From NCBI RefSeq assembly GCF_030028105.1, contig NC_092379.1, positions 19,321,309-19,385,308 of the forward strand: DNA of 64,000 nucleotides, read 5' to 3'. Below, one piece after another: positions 36,345 through 51,005 of the stretch. The position numbers and the translations under genes were made by a program. How positions within the stretch are numbered: position 1 is the stretch's first letter; the number at the start of each line of letters is the position of its first letter. The notes under the pieces were generated by a model, which was not told the origin of the DNA, did not search any database, and saw nothing but the letters and a program-made list of their open reading frames with translations. Origin of the DNA: Mobula birostris (taxonomy: Eukaryota).

Positions 36345-38330
36345 TCACGAGGAAATCTGCAGATGCTGAAATTTCAAGCAACACACATCAAAGTTGCTGG
36401 TGAACGCAGCAGGCCAGGCAGCATCTCCAGGAAGAGGTACAGCCGACGTTTCGGGCCGAGACCCTTTGTCAGGACTAACTGAAAGAACAGATAGTAAGAG
36501 ATTTGAAAGTGGGAGGGGGAGATCCGAAATGAACTTCTCACCCTCTGAAACTTTTTGATGATTTTAAGTTCCCTGGCCCCCACCGCTTTATTTTCACCAT
36601 GGATGTCCAGTCCCTATATACTTTCATCCCCCATCAGGAAGGTCTCAAAGCTCTCCACTTCTTTTTGGATTCCAGACCTAACCAGTTCCCCTCTACCACC
36701 ACTGTGCTCTGTCTAGCGGAATTAGTCCTTACTCTTAATAATTTCTCCTTTGGCTCCTCCCACTTCCTCCAAACTAAAGGTGTAGCTATGGGCACCCGTA
36801 TGGGTCCTAGCTATGCCTGCCTTTTTGTTGGCTTTGGAACAATCTATGTTCCAAACCTAGTCTGGTATCTGTCCCCCACTTTTCCTTCACTACATCGACG
36901 ACTGCATTGGCGCTGCTTCCTGCACGCATGCTGAGCTCATTGACTTCATTAACTTTGCCTCCAACTTTCACCCTGCCCTCAAGTTTACCTGGTCCACTTC
37001 CGACACCTCCCTCCCCTTTCTAGATCTTTCTGTCTCTATCTCTGGAGACAGCTTATCTACTGATGTCTACTATAAGCCTACTGACTCTCACAGCTATCTG
37101 GACTATTCTTCTTCTCACCCTGTCTCTTGCAAAAATGCCATTCCCTTCTCACAATTTCTCTGTCTCCGCCGCATCTGCTCTCAGGATGAGACTTTTCATT
37201 CTAGGATGAGGGTGATGTCCTCCTTTTTTAAAGAAAGGGGCTTCCCTTCCTCCACCAACAACTCTGCTCTCAAACGCATCTCCCCCATTTCACACACATC
37301 TGCTCTCACTCCATCCTCCTACCACCCCACTAGGAATAGGGTTCCCCATGTCCTCACCTACCATCCCACCAGCCTCCGGGTCCAACATATTATTCTCCGT
37401 AACTTCCGCCACCTCCAACGGGATCCCACCACTAAGCACATCTTTCCCTCCTCCCCTCTCTCTGCTTTCCACAGGGATCGCTCCCTACGCGACTCCCTTG
37501 TCCATTTGTCCCCCCCATCCCTCCCCACCAATCTCCCTCCTGGCACTTATTCTTGTAAGCGGAACAAGTGCTACACATGCCCTTACACTTCCTCCCCCCG
37601 GACAGTCCTTCCAGGTGAGGTGACACTTCACCTGTGAGTCAGCTGGGGTGATATACTGCGTCCGCTGCTCCCGATGTGGCCTTCTATATATTGGCGAGAC
37701 CCGATGCAGACTGGGAGATCATTTCGCTGAACACCTACGCTCCGTCCGCCAGAGAAAGCAGGATCTCCCAGTGACCACACATTTTAATTCCACGCCCCAT
37801 TCCCATTCTGATATGTCTATCCACGGCCTCCTCCACTGTAAAGATGAAGCCACACTTAGGTTGGAGGAACAACACCTTATATTCCGTCTGGGTAGCCTCT
37901 AACCTGATGGCATGAACATTGACTTCTCTAACTTCCGCTAATACCCCACCTCCCCCTCGTACCCCATCTGTTATTTATATATAAACACATTCTTTTTCTC
38001 TCTCTCTCCTTTTTCTCCTTCTCTCCCTCTTACTATACCCCTTGCCCACCCTCTGGGCTTGTTTTCCCCCCCTCCCCCTTTTCTTTCTCCCTAGGCCTCC
38101 CATGATCCTGTCACATCCCTTTTGCCAATCAACTTTCCAGCTCTTGGCTCCATCCCTCTCCCTCCTGTCTTCTCCTATCATTTTGGATCTCTCCTTCCCC
38201 CTCTCACTTTCAAATCTCTTACCATCTCTTCTTTCAGTTAGTCCTGACGAAGGGTCTCGGTCCGAAACGTCGACTGTACCTCTTCCTAGAGATGCTGCCT
38301 GGCCTGCTGCTTTCACCAGCATCTTTTATG
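36345..38330 (+). mobile_element. Penelope-like retroelement (RT plus GIY-YIG) with inverted terminal copy
   Basis: RT MDVQSLYTFIPH..LQTKGVAMGTRMGPSY (36599-36934); GIY-YIG IYCVRCSRCGLLYIGETRCRLGDHFAEH..EEQHLIFRLG (37648-37902). About 36345-36525 is the reverse complement of about 38150-38330. Confidence 0.92.
38240..38275 (+). ncRNA. Minimal type I hammerhead ribozyme motif in the Penelope terminal repeat
   Basis: AGUC-CUGACGA-AGGGUCUCGGUCC-GAAAC-GUC/GACU: core CUGAnGA and GAAA, helix I AGUC:GACU, palindromic ACGU in place of helix III. Confidence 0.6.
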
Positions 38331-38579
38331 TGAAGTGTTCGAATCAAATTGCCTTCAGACAAAATTGGCATCTGAACTCCAACAGGAAGAATGAAATCAT
38401 CACTGAAAGACAACTAACTGCACATGTTGCAAATAAGAGATAGAAACTACTGAAATTACAGGACAGGCAGTATCTGTGCATAGAAACAAACTAATATCAC
38501 AAGCCTTTCACCAGAGCTGTTGAAATTAGACATTTTAAGGTTGAAAACTAAGTACAGTATCAGAAAAAAATCCACCTCA

Positions 38580-39700
38580 CTCTAATGTCCGCTCTCCACG
38601 ATGACCAAGAGACCATGGCACTGCTGCTTGATCTCCCTTAAAATTTGCTTGTCAGAACTAAACAATTCCCCTGGGGTCATGTTGGGGTTGGGGAGTTTGG
38701 AAAGAATGATGTGTATGAGAGGATCTGGGTAGATCAGGATGACAGAGAAAAGGGGACAGAGGAGGAGAAGTTGACCTGAAATTGGAGAATTCAATATTTG
38801 GGATATCGGACTGTAGGTAACTCAAGTGGAATATGAGGTTCTATTCCACTGGCTTGCTTTTAGCCTCTCTGTTGCACTGAATGATGCCAAGACCAGATGG
38901 CTTGATGTGGCAATGGCCAGAGGAATTAAAATGGCTGCAAGTGGGAGCTATCGATGGCCATTGTGTCTGGAGTGCAGGTGTTTGTTAAAGTGGTTCCCTA
39001 GTCGCTACTTGTGTCACCTTGAGAGCAACAACGGATGAGGTGCCTGGAAATCTGAGCCTCACTGGAAAGACTGTTTCGGTGATTGAATGGTGGTGAGGAG
39101 GTATAGCGGCAGGTGTTACACCATCATCAATTGTAGGGGAAATTCCTGTTGAAGTCGAGTTATCAACAAACCAGTGAATCACAGAGAGGGTGGTCCCCGT
39201 GGAAAGTAAGTTGGTGGGCAGGGGATGATGTAACTAATGGTGGGATCACATTGTAGCTTTTGGAAATGTCAGTGAATGAATTACTGGATGTGAAGGCTGG
39301 AGGGATGAAAGGCGAGGAAGCTCACTCCCTATTCTGTCTGAGGGAGATGGATTCAATGTAGAATTGTTGTAAGAGGAGATGTGGGTCAGGTCTCTATCAA
39401 CCACAGCATGAGAGCGCGTTGAAAGTTGCTGTTCCTTCTGAAAAGACGACATTCCAGATGTCCTGCTTTGGAAGGCCACTTCTCGAGAACAGATGCAGCA
39501 GAGACAGAGAAACTGAGAGAAAGGAATGGCATCCTTACATGAATGAATTTGAGAGCAAGTGTTGTCCTGATAGTTATGGGAGTCAGTGGTTTTGTAGTAT
39601 TCTAAATGGACCAAGAAAGGGGAAGTTGGTGCCGGAAATGGTCCAAGTGAATCTGAAGTTTTTGAGGGAAATGGGCAATCAACATTTTGGATGAAGGCTC
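38580..39700 (-). mobile_element. Degenerate Penelope-like fragment
   Basis: ORF 39246-39614 KDAIPFSQFLCLCCICSREVAFQSRTSGMSSF parallels the 37130-37230 region of the more intact copy. Confidence 0.7.
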
Positions 39701-42249
39701 TTCACCTTAACTGGAAGTGTAGAACAGAGATCACCAGTATAAAGAGGTGAGAGAGTGGGCTGGGACAAGAGCTAGTTATCTTTGTATCTCCTTTAGTGAA
39801 GTGAGGTCCCAGACTTCTGCAAAATTGCTAAATGTTTTTCTTTGTATAAGGACAATCTGTTTCTCTGGATCACTTACCCATACTCTCTATTACCATTGCA
39901 AAGTCAGAGCTACAGTGCCTCAAAAAATTTTATTCACAGCAAATTATAGGTCATGAGCCTCCCATGAAATGTAGGAAAATGATGGGAGAAGATTCTCAGG
40001 GACAGGATTGACTCACTTTTGGTGAGTATGGACATATGAGGAACCATCAGCCAGGCTTTGTGCATCAGAATTCCTGCCTTATGAACAACTGAGATTTTTT
40101 TGGGAGGTGATGAAGCTGATTGATGATGACAGGGAAATGGATGTTGTCTACATGGGCTTTAGTAAAGGATTCAACATGGTCACTCATGCTTGACTTATCC
40201 AGAAGATTCAGACACTTGGGACCCATGGAGACATGGGAGATTAGAGTTAAAATTGTCTTAAAACAAACTGCTGGAGAAACTGAACAGGTTTGACAACACC
40301 ACTGTGGGGAATGTACAGTTGATACTGCAGGTCAAGATCCTGCATCTGGGCTGCAAGAGTAGAGGGCAGACAGAGCAAGAGCTGGTTAGTGATACGTGAA
40401 TCCAACTGAGGACTGGTACAAGGCAGGTGGAGGGAACAATAGGGTGTACATGATGAAATCTGATAGGAATGGAAGGTAAAACCAAATAAGGGAGATGGGT
40501 GGGCAGATAAGAAAGTTGGGGGGGCGGGGAGTGAACTCAGTAGCAGAAGTGTGAGAGTGATGACAATTGGAGTAGGTGCAAGAGGGGATGGACACAGTGT
40601 GATCAAGAGTTGGCAGTGGTGTCACTGGCTGGATGAGTATAGGAGGATCTGGGTAGACCTGGAGGCCATAGAAAGGGACAGAAGTGGCTATATTAACTGA
40701 AATTTGAGAATTCAATGTTTATGCCGTTGAACTGTAGAATTTTTCTACCTAGGCATCTGTTTTATAACCTAATTCTGCATATATCCTATCTCCCTCTCTC
40801 TCTTTCTCCCTCCTTCCTTCTATGCACGTATGATTTATCTACCTCTACAATCTTTGCATTTTCATGCTAATTAGTGTCTAACACTGCTGACTAAATGAAG
40901 TGACATGAAGCAGTTTGCAACAGCAGGACTGCAAATCCAAGTCATCTGTCTCTCACCATTTCTCCGTGTTTTATCGGCTGATTGCAATCTTGTTGAAGGA
41001 TGTGTGTTTTATGGATCAGCTTTTCAGAGCTGGGAAAAACAGAAACATGGAACGATTCTGGGAGAAGACACCAGTGCTGACAGCATAAAAGGTTGAAACT
41101 ATGGCTGCAGTGGAGGGTGCAGGAGACATAGAAATGGGCAAGGGATCTGAGTTGAGGATAACAGTTGTAGTAAAAAGAGAACTTGTACTTTTGCAGCATC
41201 TTACTCAATCTCAGGACACCAACAGGACTTCATAGTCAAACACAGTTTTCTTTCTGAAGTCTCTTGCAGGATCAGAACAAGAAGGAATGACACTTTTCCC
41301 TCCCTGAATGGCAGAGTGGACCTGATAGATTATAACAATTCAGTGGTTTCACATCATCATTTTCCACAATTTATGGCATTTGAATTCCAGGTTACTTTAA
41401 TGTACCAAAGCTAATTGTCCCCAGGTATGGTGGGTTTTTAAGCTGTTTCTGTAGATCACTTACCCGCACTCTCAATTACTGTTGCAAAGTCAAAACTACA
41501 AAGCATTAAAAAATTTTATTCACAGCAAATTCAAACTAACTGGAAAAACATCCAACAGTGAACTGTTATTTGCAGCCTAACGAACAAAGCCACCCACTGG
41601 TGAGGGGTTAACATACACACACTGAAGGATCAGTCCAGGTACACTGTGAAAGTCTGCAGTACCCTAGCAAGTTGCACAGAATCCCCTCACTTGACCTGAT
41701 GGAGAGTATCCTGAGGAGGAAGCCCAAGAAATTCAAATCTCTCAGGGAATGGAGGCACACAACCTGTTTGTAATCCTGACAAATCATTAAGCAACACACA
41801 CAAAATGCTGGAGAAACTCAACAGGTCACGCCCATTGATGCTGCCAGGTACTCACTACTCTCAGTGTAAAGTTAACCCTCAGATCTCTTATTAATCTCTG
41901 CCCTCTTATCTTCTATTAGTACCCTCCCAAGTTGGACTCCCAACCCTGAGGAAAAGCCTATGACCATCCACCATTCCGTACCCCTCATGATTTTACAAAC
42001 TTCTGAGGTTGTCCCACATTCTCCTGTGCTCCAGATAATAATGAACCAGTATGGCTTACCTTGCCCTATAACTCAGGCCCTCTAGTCCAGGCAGCATCCT
42101 TGTACATCTCTTCTGTACCATTTCCAGCCTGACAATGCCTTTCCTATATCAGAGTAACCAAAACCGTACACAATACTCTAAGTGTGACCTCAACAAATAA
42201 CGTAACTGCCACATAATCTCCCCACTCCTGAACTCCATGCCCTGACTGG

Positions 42250-43080
42250 TGAAGGCCAGCATGCTAAACACATTCTTCACCACCCACCCTGTCATCTCCT
42301 CACAAACTCCATCAGCACAGTTGCACCACAAGGCTGTGTGCTTAGCCCTCTGCTCTACTCGCTTTATACTCAGCATAACTTCAATGCCATATTTAAGTTT
42401 GCTGATGACTCCACTGTCGTAGACTGAATCAAGTGTGGTGATAAATCAGCATATAGGGGAGAGATTGAAAATCTGGCTGAGTGGTGCAACAACCACCACC
42501 TATCACTCCATGTCAACAAAGTCAAGGAGAGTATTTGCATTCAGGAGGAGGAAACCAGAAGTCCAAGAGTCCTCATCAGGGGATCAGAGGTGGAGAAGTT
42601 CAGCAATTTTAAATTCCTCAGTGTCAGTGTCATTATGAAGGCGGCATGGCAGCGTCTCCACTTTCTTAGCAGTTTGCAAAGATTTGTCATTTCATTGAAA
42701 ATGTTGACAAATTTCTATAGATGTGTGGTGGAGAGTATATTGACTGGTTGCATTATAGCCTAGTATGAAAACACCAATCCCCTTGAATGGAAAAGCCCAG
42801 TCCATTATGGGTAAAGCCCTCCCTACCATTGAGCACATATACAAGGAGTGCTGTCGCAGGAAAGCAGCCTCCATCATTGAGGACCAATACACCCAGACGA
42901 TGTTCTCTCCTCAGAAAAGAGGTGCAGGAATCTCAGGATCCGCACCACCAGGTTCAGGAATAGTTATTAACACTCAACCATCAGACTCTTGAATCAGCGA
43001 GGATATCTTCACTTAACTTCTCTTGCCCCATCACTGAACTGTTCCCTAAACTTTGGCCTGACTTTCAAGGACTCTTAATG
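42250..43080 (+). mobile_element. Rex1/Babar LINE 3' fragment
   Basis: caaggctgtgtgcttagccctctgctctactc, aagtttgctgatgac and tgtgtggtggagagtatattgactgg match the 2070-2790 copy. Confidence 0.8.
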
Positions 43081-43329
43081 TTCTCAATACTTATTGCTTA
43101 TTCATTATTATATTTTTTATTATTTTTTTTCCTTTCAGTATTTGCACACTTGTTGTCTTTTGCACATTGGTTGTTCGTCTGTCCTGTTGGATGCAGTCTT
43201 TCATGGATTATGTTTTGTTTCTTGTACTTACAGTGATTACCTGCAAGAAAATGAATCTCTGGTTGCTAATTCTGACATGTCTGTACTTTGATAATAAATT
43301 TACTTTGTACTTTGAACTTGTGTGGCTGA

Positions 43330-44650
43330 TTTCAGTGAACTGTGTACTTGGACTTGCAGGTCCCTTTTCCACAATACTCATCAGCGCCCTGTATGTCCTT
43401 CCCTGTTTGACCGTCAAAAAATGCATTACCTCACTTTGCAATTCCTTAGCCCGTCTCCCTAACAGATCAGGATCTTTTTGCAAATCAAAGTAATTTGCTT
43501 CACTATCAACAAGACCCCTTCATTTAGTATCATCAGCAAACTTAAACTGTGCCTTATATATATTCACATTCCAAATAATTTACACCAATCATGAATAACA
43601 GAGGTCACAACACTGACTAATCACTATCCTCCAGTCAGAGAATCGATCTTCAACCACCACCCTTTGCTTCCTCTCATCATTAAGTACACAGGTGATCATG
43701 ATGGTCTCTCAAAAGACAGTCTCCCCATAGTCAACCTTTTACTGTTAAGGTAGCTGCAGAACCTCTGTCTGAAACTTGCCTGCCAGGTCTATCACCTACC
43801 CTCTTTTTGTCCTCCTGCTTTCCCTCTTAAGCCTGGTCTTAAAATTTTTATATTCATCAAAGGATTCATTCACACCCAGCTGCCTAAACACATTGTACAG
43901 TTCCTTCTTTTCTTTATCATAGTCTTGGTATCTTTTGCCAGCCAGGTTTTCCTGAACTGGGTGTGTCTACCATTCACACTAACAGAAACATGCTGCCCCC
44001 TGGACTCTCGATATCATTTTAAAATCTCCCACTTGCCAAATATTTCTTTATCTTTATCTTGTCAGCCTTGGTGCAGTTAAGGACTTTACTATTTGGACCT
44101 AGCCAATAAAAAAATGATAAATCCTATGGTTCTTTCTTTCTTTTCGATTACTATTTTAAAATTGGAATTCTAGAACTGTGGTCACTAGACTCCCCAACTT
44201 ATACTTCAGTTACCCCACCTTTTGCCGAAGAGAAGGTTCAGTGGTACTCCTTCCCAAATACGGTCCTCTATATAAGGTATAAGGGAACTGTCTTGGACAC
44301 TCCACACAAATTCTTTCCTCATCCAGGCCCTTTGCACTCGGGGTGACCCAGGTGACACCAGGAAATGTGATATTTCCTTTGAGCACTTCTCTACTATTCT
44401 CACAATTTCTCCATATGCCTGCTCCTCCAGTTCCCACTGACTACTGGGGAATCTGTAATTAGCCAGACCAGGGTGACTATCCTCTTCTTATTTCTAAGTT
44501 CTACCCAAATGCCCTTGCAAGATGACCCCTCAAGAATGTCCTAAGCACTGCTGTTATGTCCTCTGTTTTCAAAGGACAATATCCTCTCCAGTCTTATCTG
44601 TCCTCTTGCCCTGTATCAGTATCCCTGAACACTGAGCTGCCCTTCTCTCA
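43330..44650 (-). mobile_element. Degenerate CR1 fragments
   Basis: ASSNWNIVTITEMWLREGQ (44616-44867 ORF), EGVPLNLLFG and RT-like pieces at 43330-43680. Confidence 0.65.
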
Positions 44651-45569
44651 GCCACATTTCTGTTATGGTCACAATATTCCAGTTACTAGAAGCAATCAAC
44701 ACTCCTCTCATTTCATCCATCCTACCTGTTAAGATAAGTGTAGGTGTAACCCTCAGGCTCAGCCAGCATGTGTTCATCCAGGGGAAGACAGCTTCTGGCC
44801 CTGCCAAACTAAGAAATCTCATTTGTGTGGATGTTGTGTGATGTGTCGCCCAGTTACAAATCCACACCGCAAAATTTCAGATAGTACATCATATGCAATT
44901 AAATGATTTAACTTTATAAATCTTAATCTGAATACAGGGTTAGTATAGAAAATAAAAAGAAAAAAGGTCCATTTTAAGGAAAAAGTCAAAAGTACACGTT
45001 GGAGCTCACTGAACCATTGACCTCCTCTGGGCGTCGCTGACCTTCGGACCCCCCGCTCCCAGTCCACTCCATCCAGCGGTCTACCAGCTTTCTCCACACG
45101 TATCTTCCTTCTTCCTCACTCACCGACAAGAGACCGCAAAAATCCCTCTTCCAGACCCACCAGAAAGAACAACATTCCTCTCATTGGATAGCCCCACATT
45201 CCAAAGCCCTGTTATCTCCAGTCATAACCCAAACATTGCTGCTACAGAGAAACCAGTAGATTAGCAGTGAAACATTACAGAGAGGCCATTATGTTAGCAG
45301 TGAAACCTTATAGCGTGTTACATATGGAACTAGATTCGGGCAGGTGGGACTCATCAACCCCGGGACGGCAGCCCACCTAGGAGAAGGAAAACTGATTTTA
45401 AACCCCTGCTACCTTGTGGCCGTACCCACCCATGGGTAAGGCTTCGGAACTAAATCCTGAGGAAGAAATCTGGAGCAGGGGACCCGAAGGCAGCTTGATG
45501 TTGTTTACAACTTCACTCTGGCAACCTCTGCGACAACACTGGTGCCAAGCTGTATCAGCGCTTGCCCTT

Positions 45570-46640
45570 CCATAAGATATAGGAGCAGAACTAGGCCATT
45601 CAGCCCATCAAGTCTGCTCCACCATTCAATCATGGGCTGATCCAATTCTTATAGTCATCCCCACTCCCCTGTCTTCACCCCATACCCTTTGATGCCCTGG
45701 CTAATCGAGAACCTATCTATCTCTGCCTTAAGACTCAGCCTCCACAGCTGCTTGTGGCAACAAATTCCACAGATTTACCACATTCTGACTAAAGTAATTT
45801 CTCTGCACCTCAGTTCTAAAAGGACGTCCTTCAATTTTGAAGTCGTGCCCTTTTGTTCTAGAATCCCCTACCATGGGAAATAACTTTTCCATATCTAATC
45901 TGTTCAGGCTTTTCAACATTCGGAATATTTCTATCAGATTCCCCCTCATTCTCCTGAACTCCAGGTAATACAGCCCACGAGCTGCCAGACATTCCTCATA
46001 TGGTAACCCTTTCATTCCTGGAATCAGTTTCATGAATCTTCTCTGAATCCTCTCCAATGTCAGTATACCTTTTCTTAAATAAGGAGCTCCGGAGGGGAAG
46101 GCCCCAAATCCTCGGCTTTGCCTATTGCTTGTTGCCGGGGCCGGGGTCGAAGCGCTCGGCAGAGATGGTGCTCAGTGTTGGAGGCTCGAAGTTTTCAGAC
46201 GGACTCAAGAGTCGGCTGTGGTCAGGTACTTCCAGGGTGCTGCATCGGCAAGTTTGCGGCGCTGGAGGTTCAGGGCAGGAAGAGTTGTTTTCCTCTTCCT
46301 TCTACCGCCTGCGTGAGATGATGGGACTTTCGAGAGACTGAGACTTTTTTTTTTTTTTTTACCATGCCCATGGTCTGTTCTTAATCAAATTACGGTATTG
46401 CTTTGCACTGTTGTAACCATATATTATAATTATGTGGTTTTTGTCAGTTTTTCAGTTGGTTTGTCTTGTGTTTCTGTGAAATCATTCTGGGGGAACATTG
46501 TATCATTTCTTAATGCATGCATTACTAAATGACAATAAAAGAGGACTACGTGTCCTCATAATCTAATCTAAAAATTGAACACAATACTCCAAGTGTGGTC
46601 TCACGAGTGCCTTACAGAGCCTCAATATCACATATCTGCT
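45570..46640 (-). mobile_element. CR1 3' fragment interrupted by a family-B insertion
   Basis: ORF 45728-46057 (MERIQRRFMKLIPGMKGLPYEE..RRMRGNLIEIFRML). CR1 sequence resumes at about 46573 (aattgaacacaatactccaagtgtggtctcac). Confidence 0.85.
46086..46572 (+). repeat. Non-coding interspersed element ('family B')
   Basis: ggggaaggccccaaatcctcggctttgcc...aatgacaataaaagaggactacgtgtcctcataatctaatctaa, homologous to 32960-33395. Confidence 0.8.
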
Positions 46641-47109
46641 CTTGTATTCCCTTGGACTACATCAGTGATGTGGAGAGGGGGACTTGCTACATGGGCAACA
46701 GCTGGTTCTTCAAATCTTCCCACCCAGGCCCTGGAGAGGACACAGTCCATCAGAGGTGTGAATCCATGATCCCCTGGGATCAACAGCTACCTAATATGGA
46801 ACTAGATATAATGTATATCAGGGGTCTTATCTGCCACTTCATGGTAAACATGCCTATCCTGATTGCTGGGCGAACACGCTTTGGTTGCTGAATATACCCC
46901 TGCCTTATCACTGACTTCACTCTCTTATGTCCCACACACCTGCCAATCTAGTTTAAACCCTCACTTGTTGTCACCATATACTACCCCAAGATTCATTTTC
47001 TTGAGGCATTCAGAGTAAATACAAAGAGAGACAATCATATCAATGAAAAACCACACACATGCCAGACAAGCAACCGATGAACAAAATACAGCAAATTACA
47101 AATAATCTT

Positions 47110-47345
47110 CTTCTTGTGCCTTGCGCGTTACACGCTTGGGCAATCATGGCACTCCACATCGAATGATCCCTCGCAGCGTCAATGATACCTCGCACACTTA
47201 GATCTGTTAGTTCTTTCAGTGTCCACATATTTTCTTTGCCTTCCTCTTCCGCATTTCCCAGGCATACAGCTTTGTAATGTAAAGCATTCTATTTCTCCCT
47301 TTCTGATGACATGGTCCAGGAATTTAAGTTTCCTCGCATTTAACG
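47110..47345 (-). mobile_element. RTE-type LINE 3' end
   Basis: Minus strand reads as an RT C-terminal remnant ending ...gcgtgtaacgcgcaaggcacaagaagaaga. Confidence 0.5.
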
Positions 47346-50300
47346 TTCTCATTAAAGATCTTTTTTTATGCGTACATTAGAGTACTAAATAAAAAAACAG
47401 AAATAATAACAATAACTATAAATAAATAAGCAAAAATATCAAGAACTTGAGATGAAGAGCCCTTGAAACTAAGAGCATAGGTTGTAGGAACAGTTCAGTG
47501 TTGGGGTGAGTGAAGTTATCTCATCTGGTTCAGGAGCCTGATGGGTGAGAATTAATAACTGTTCCAGGACTTAGTGGTGTGGGTCTTGAGTGTCCTGTAC
47601 CTCCTCCATGAAGAGAACATGACTGGTATGGAGCAGGTCCTTGATGTTGGAGCTGCTTTCCTGAGACAGCACTCTTGTAGACGTGCTCAATGGTGAGGAG
47701 GGCTTTACCCACAATGGACCACGTTGTTTCTACTACTTTTTGCAGGCTTTTATGTTCAAAGGTATGTGTTCCCAAAATAGGCCATGATGCAGCCAGTCAG
47801 TATTGTGTCCACAGCACAGCTATAGAAGTCTGACAATGTTTTAAGATGACACTGAATTTTCACAGACTTCTCAGTCTTTTCAGTATCCTGTCCTGATGCC
47901 CAGTATGCCTGCATGCTCACCCTCTGAGCCTAAGAGCCAGAGACCTGACCAGTTCTGCTAGCCCTTAAAAGAACATCCCCCTCGACAGTATCCAAAGACA
48001 TGTACCTATTAGTCAGGGGAATGGGTACAGGGGACCTTTGCATTGATTGCCTTCTCCTCTTCCTTCCCCATCTATCTGAAGTGTGTACTTTAGCTGTGTC
48101 CATATCAGTAACAGTCTCATCTCTGAACCCCTCAGCTTCCCTAATGATACCAAATACCTGCAGGTCCAGCCCCAGTTCCTTGACCTAGTATGCAAGGATG
48201 AACTGCCTACAAATGTAGACCATGAGGCTCCCTGAATTCCCACGTCTGGTAGGAGGAGGATTTCACTATCCTGCATTGACTGAAAAACGAAATAAAACTT
48301 TACCTGTGCCTTCTCAGTGAAGCCTTTTTAGAAATCTATTTTCATTCCCCAAATCTGAACCACTTACTCCACCCCTTCATCACAAAACCTCTTGAGTCAA
48401 AGCCTCTGCTCTCTTCCAGTCCACTGACTCACTGTCACAATGGCCATTCTGCTTGACCCAAACTTCTTGTATTGGCTGCTGTTAATTAGCTCATAACTAA
48501 TCAACTATTAACTCACAAATTGTAAACGTTGCACTTTTGGAGCCATTTAAATGAAGCTCACCAGCAAGCCTTGGGACCAACCTCCTTTGGACTCTCAGGC
48601 TTCCTGCGCCAAGTCCCAGCTTCTGGTAAGTGAAAATCATCCAATTCCTTTCTGCAATTCATCATGAATGATAACTGAGTGCTCCTCTGTGATCTGTATA
48701 CCCATGGAGACCAGGTTTGCATGAATACTAGAGATGAATTGTAGGACAGACTCATTGAGTTTGAGGAAGTTTGAAAACATAAAGAATGTAAGAGTGAATA
48801 ACAGAAAACAGTCAGACATTATCACATTTTCTGCATTGAATTAACAGAAATTAACAGATGCAAAAGAAAACAAGATGAATTATACATCAAAACACAGTGA
48901 GAGAGATGTTGGGATTGGGCAGGGACAGTTGATGTACTTCCCTGGTGTTAGCTTTCCACCAAGAGTCTGAAATGGATGGATGCTGTGCTGGGAACACATG
49001 TATGTCCACAGTGCTTGGTTGTGGTGAAATGATTGTGAGCCGCCTTGGCCAGAGGTTTAGGATGCTCATTCACAGGTGTTTATAGTTACATCAGAAATCA
49101 TGTAATCTCCATTTAATGTCTGGCTACCCACCATGCAATCAAAGTCCTGTCTTCAGCTTTAACCAACTCTTTATACTCCACACTAGTCCACCAGTCATAC
49201 AATGACCTCTCTCAGTTCCACCCACCATGTCTGATTTCTTATCTATACATCAAGCAATCAGAACCTCCCCCAATACCACTCTCCAGAGTCCTTCCTGCAC
49301 CACACCTACTATCTGGTGCCCCACTCACACTTCACCCACCATCCAGTCCTAACCTGCACACCACACAGACATTGACACAATCACAATCACCATCAAGACT
49401 TTCACTCTCATCAATGTGACCAATGTCCCACCATTCATTCCAGCAGACCATGGCCCTATCTACACATCACAGTGTCAAAAGCCAGTCAGCCAGAGCCCAA
49501 TGCCCATCCCAGTGACACACACAGAATACAGACATAACCAGTCTAATGTCAATTCCACCATTAAACCAGATTCAATCCTCCCTTTCTACTTCCTGAAAGG
49601 ATTCCATTACATTCTGTTTCCCTGGGTCCACTGTATTTGATCTGATGGTACCTTCATATCACTGTTTACAAGATGACCTTCTTTTCTCTAAAACATGGTT
49701 TCTCCTCCACTATAGTTGGCCAAACTCTCAACCATGTCTTTTCCACTTACAGCACTCCAACTCTCACTCCATTATCACCTCCCACTCATCAGCAGGTCCT
49801 CAAGCGCCCACAATTCATTAATTATTCTCTGTCATTTCCACCACCTCCCAGGTCATATCATAGAAAGATAAATCTTCCCTCCCCTTCCATGAAACAATCG
49901 ATCAAGATTATTTCCTCCACAGCTGCTCAATTCACTGTTCAGCACTGATAAGCTGTTACTGTGTAATATTTGCTGTCCTTCTCACAAATGTAGGAGATCA
50001 AACAACTTCCTTTTTAACTTGTTCCCATCTCAACTCCCAGAGATGCAAAGGCTCCTTTTAGCTGAGACAGTGTTTCATTTGCACATTTCTGAATTACTGT
50101 AGTTGATTCCCTGCTCAAGATGTGGCTTCCTCTACACCCGGGAAACCAGAAACCCAGTAACAACTTTCAAAAATTCTTCATTCAGACACATTCCACTTTG
50201 TTCTGACATGCATTCAACACCCCACTCTCATCATCTTTACTATGACAACTCAAGATGAAGCTTGAGGAAAGGCATATCTTCCACCTTGGCAGATTACAGC

Positions 50301-51005
50301 CCCTGGCTCTGAGAGATGTCAAGACAGTCTCAGATAACCAACCATTCCAGTTTGTGACAGAACCGGCCAGGTCCAATGAAGAACATTCACCAACCTATAA
50401 TATAAATTCTCTATCTCCACAGATGCTGCCCAACCTACCCTTTTCACTCCTATCACCCTTTTCTATGCCCGGCCATGCTCTGGACATTGGCTATTTCACA
50501 CACCACCACTCCCATCATGTGCTCTATGACCTGCTCATCCAGCTCAAATTGCTCATACACCCTCTATGCCTGCACCATATTCGTCCACCCACAAACACTG
50601 CTCAAACCGCTAAGTTTATCCAGCAGACTACTTGTTGCCCCAGATTCCAGCATCTGCAGTATCCCGTGTCTCCTGCTCACCCTCATGTTGATTCCTTGTT
50701 TCTTATTTGTGTTCAGCTGATAGTCTGTGTTCGAGTGAACAGTTAGTTGTTGATGGACTGTAGTGTAGACCATGATCTCTCTTTGGGGGCTTTGCTTTTG
50801 TTTGTATGGTGGGTGGTGGGAATGCTGACGCTTTATGCTGGAATAAAAGGGGGGGGTGGGGTGGGAGGGTTGATGCTGCTTATGCGTGGGAGGGGCAAGG
50901 AACTTTGGGGCTCATGCTTTTTTTTGTCATTCATTCTTCGGGGGATTCTTCTGTTTCGAGGATGTCTGCAGAGAGTAAGAATTTCAGGTTATACGTTGTA
51001 TATTT

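Noticed and set aside
44845-45320. Possible solo LTR
   Set aside because: Ends (gttaca...gttaca) do not give a clear TG...CA pair or TSD; left unclassified.
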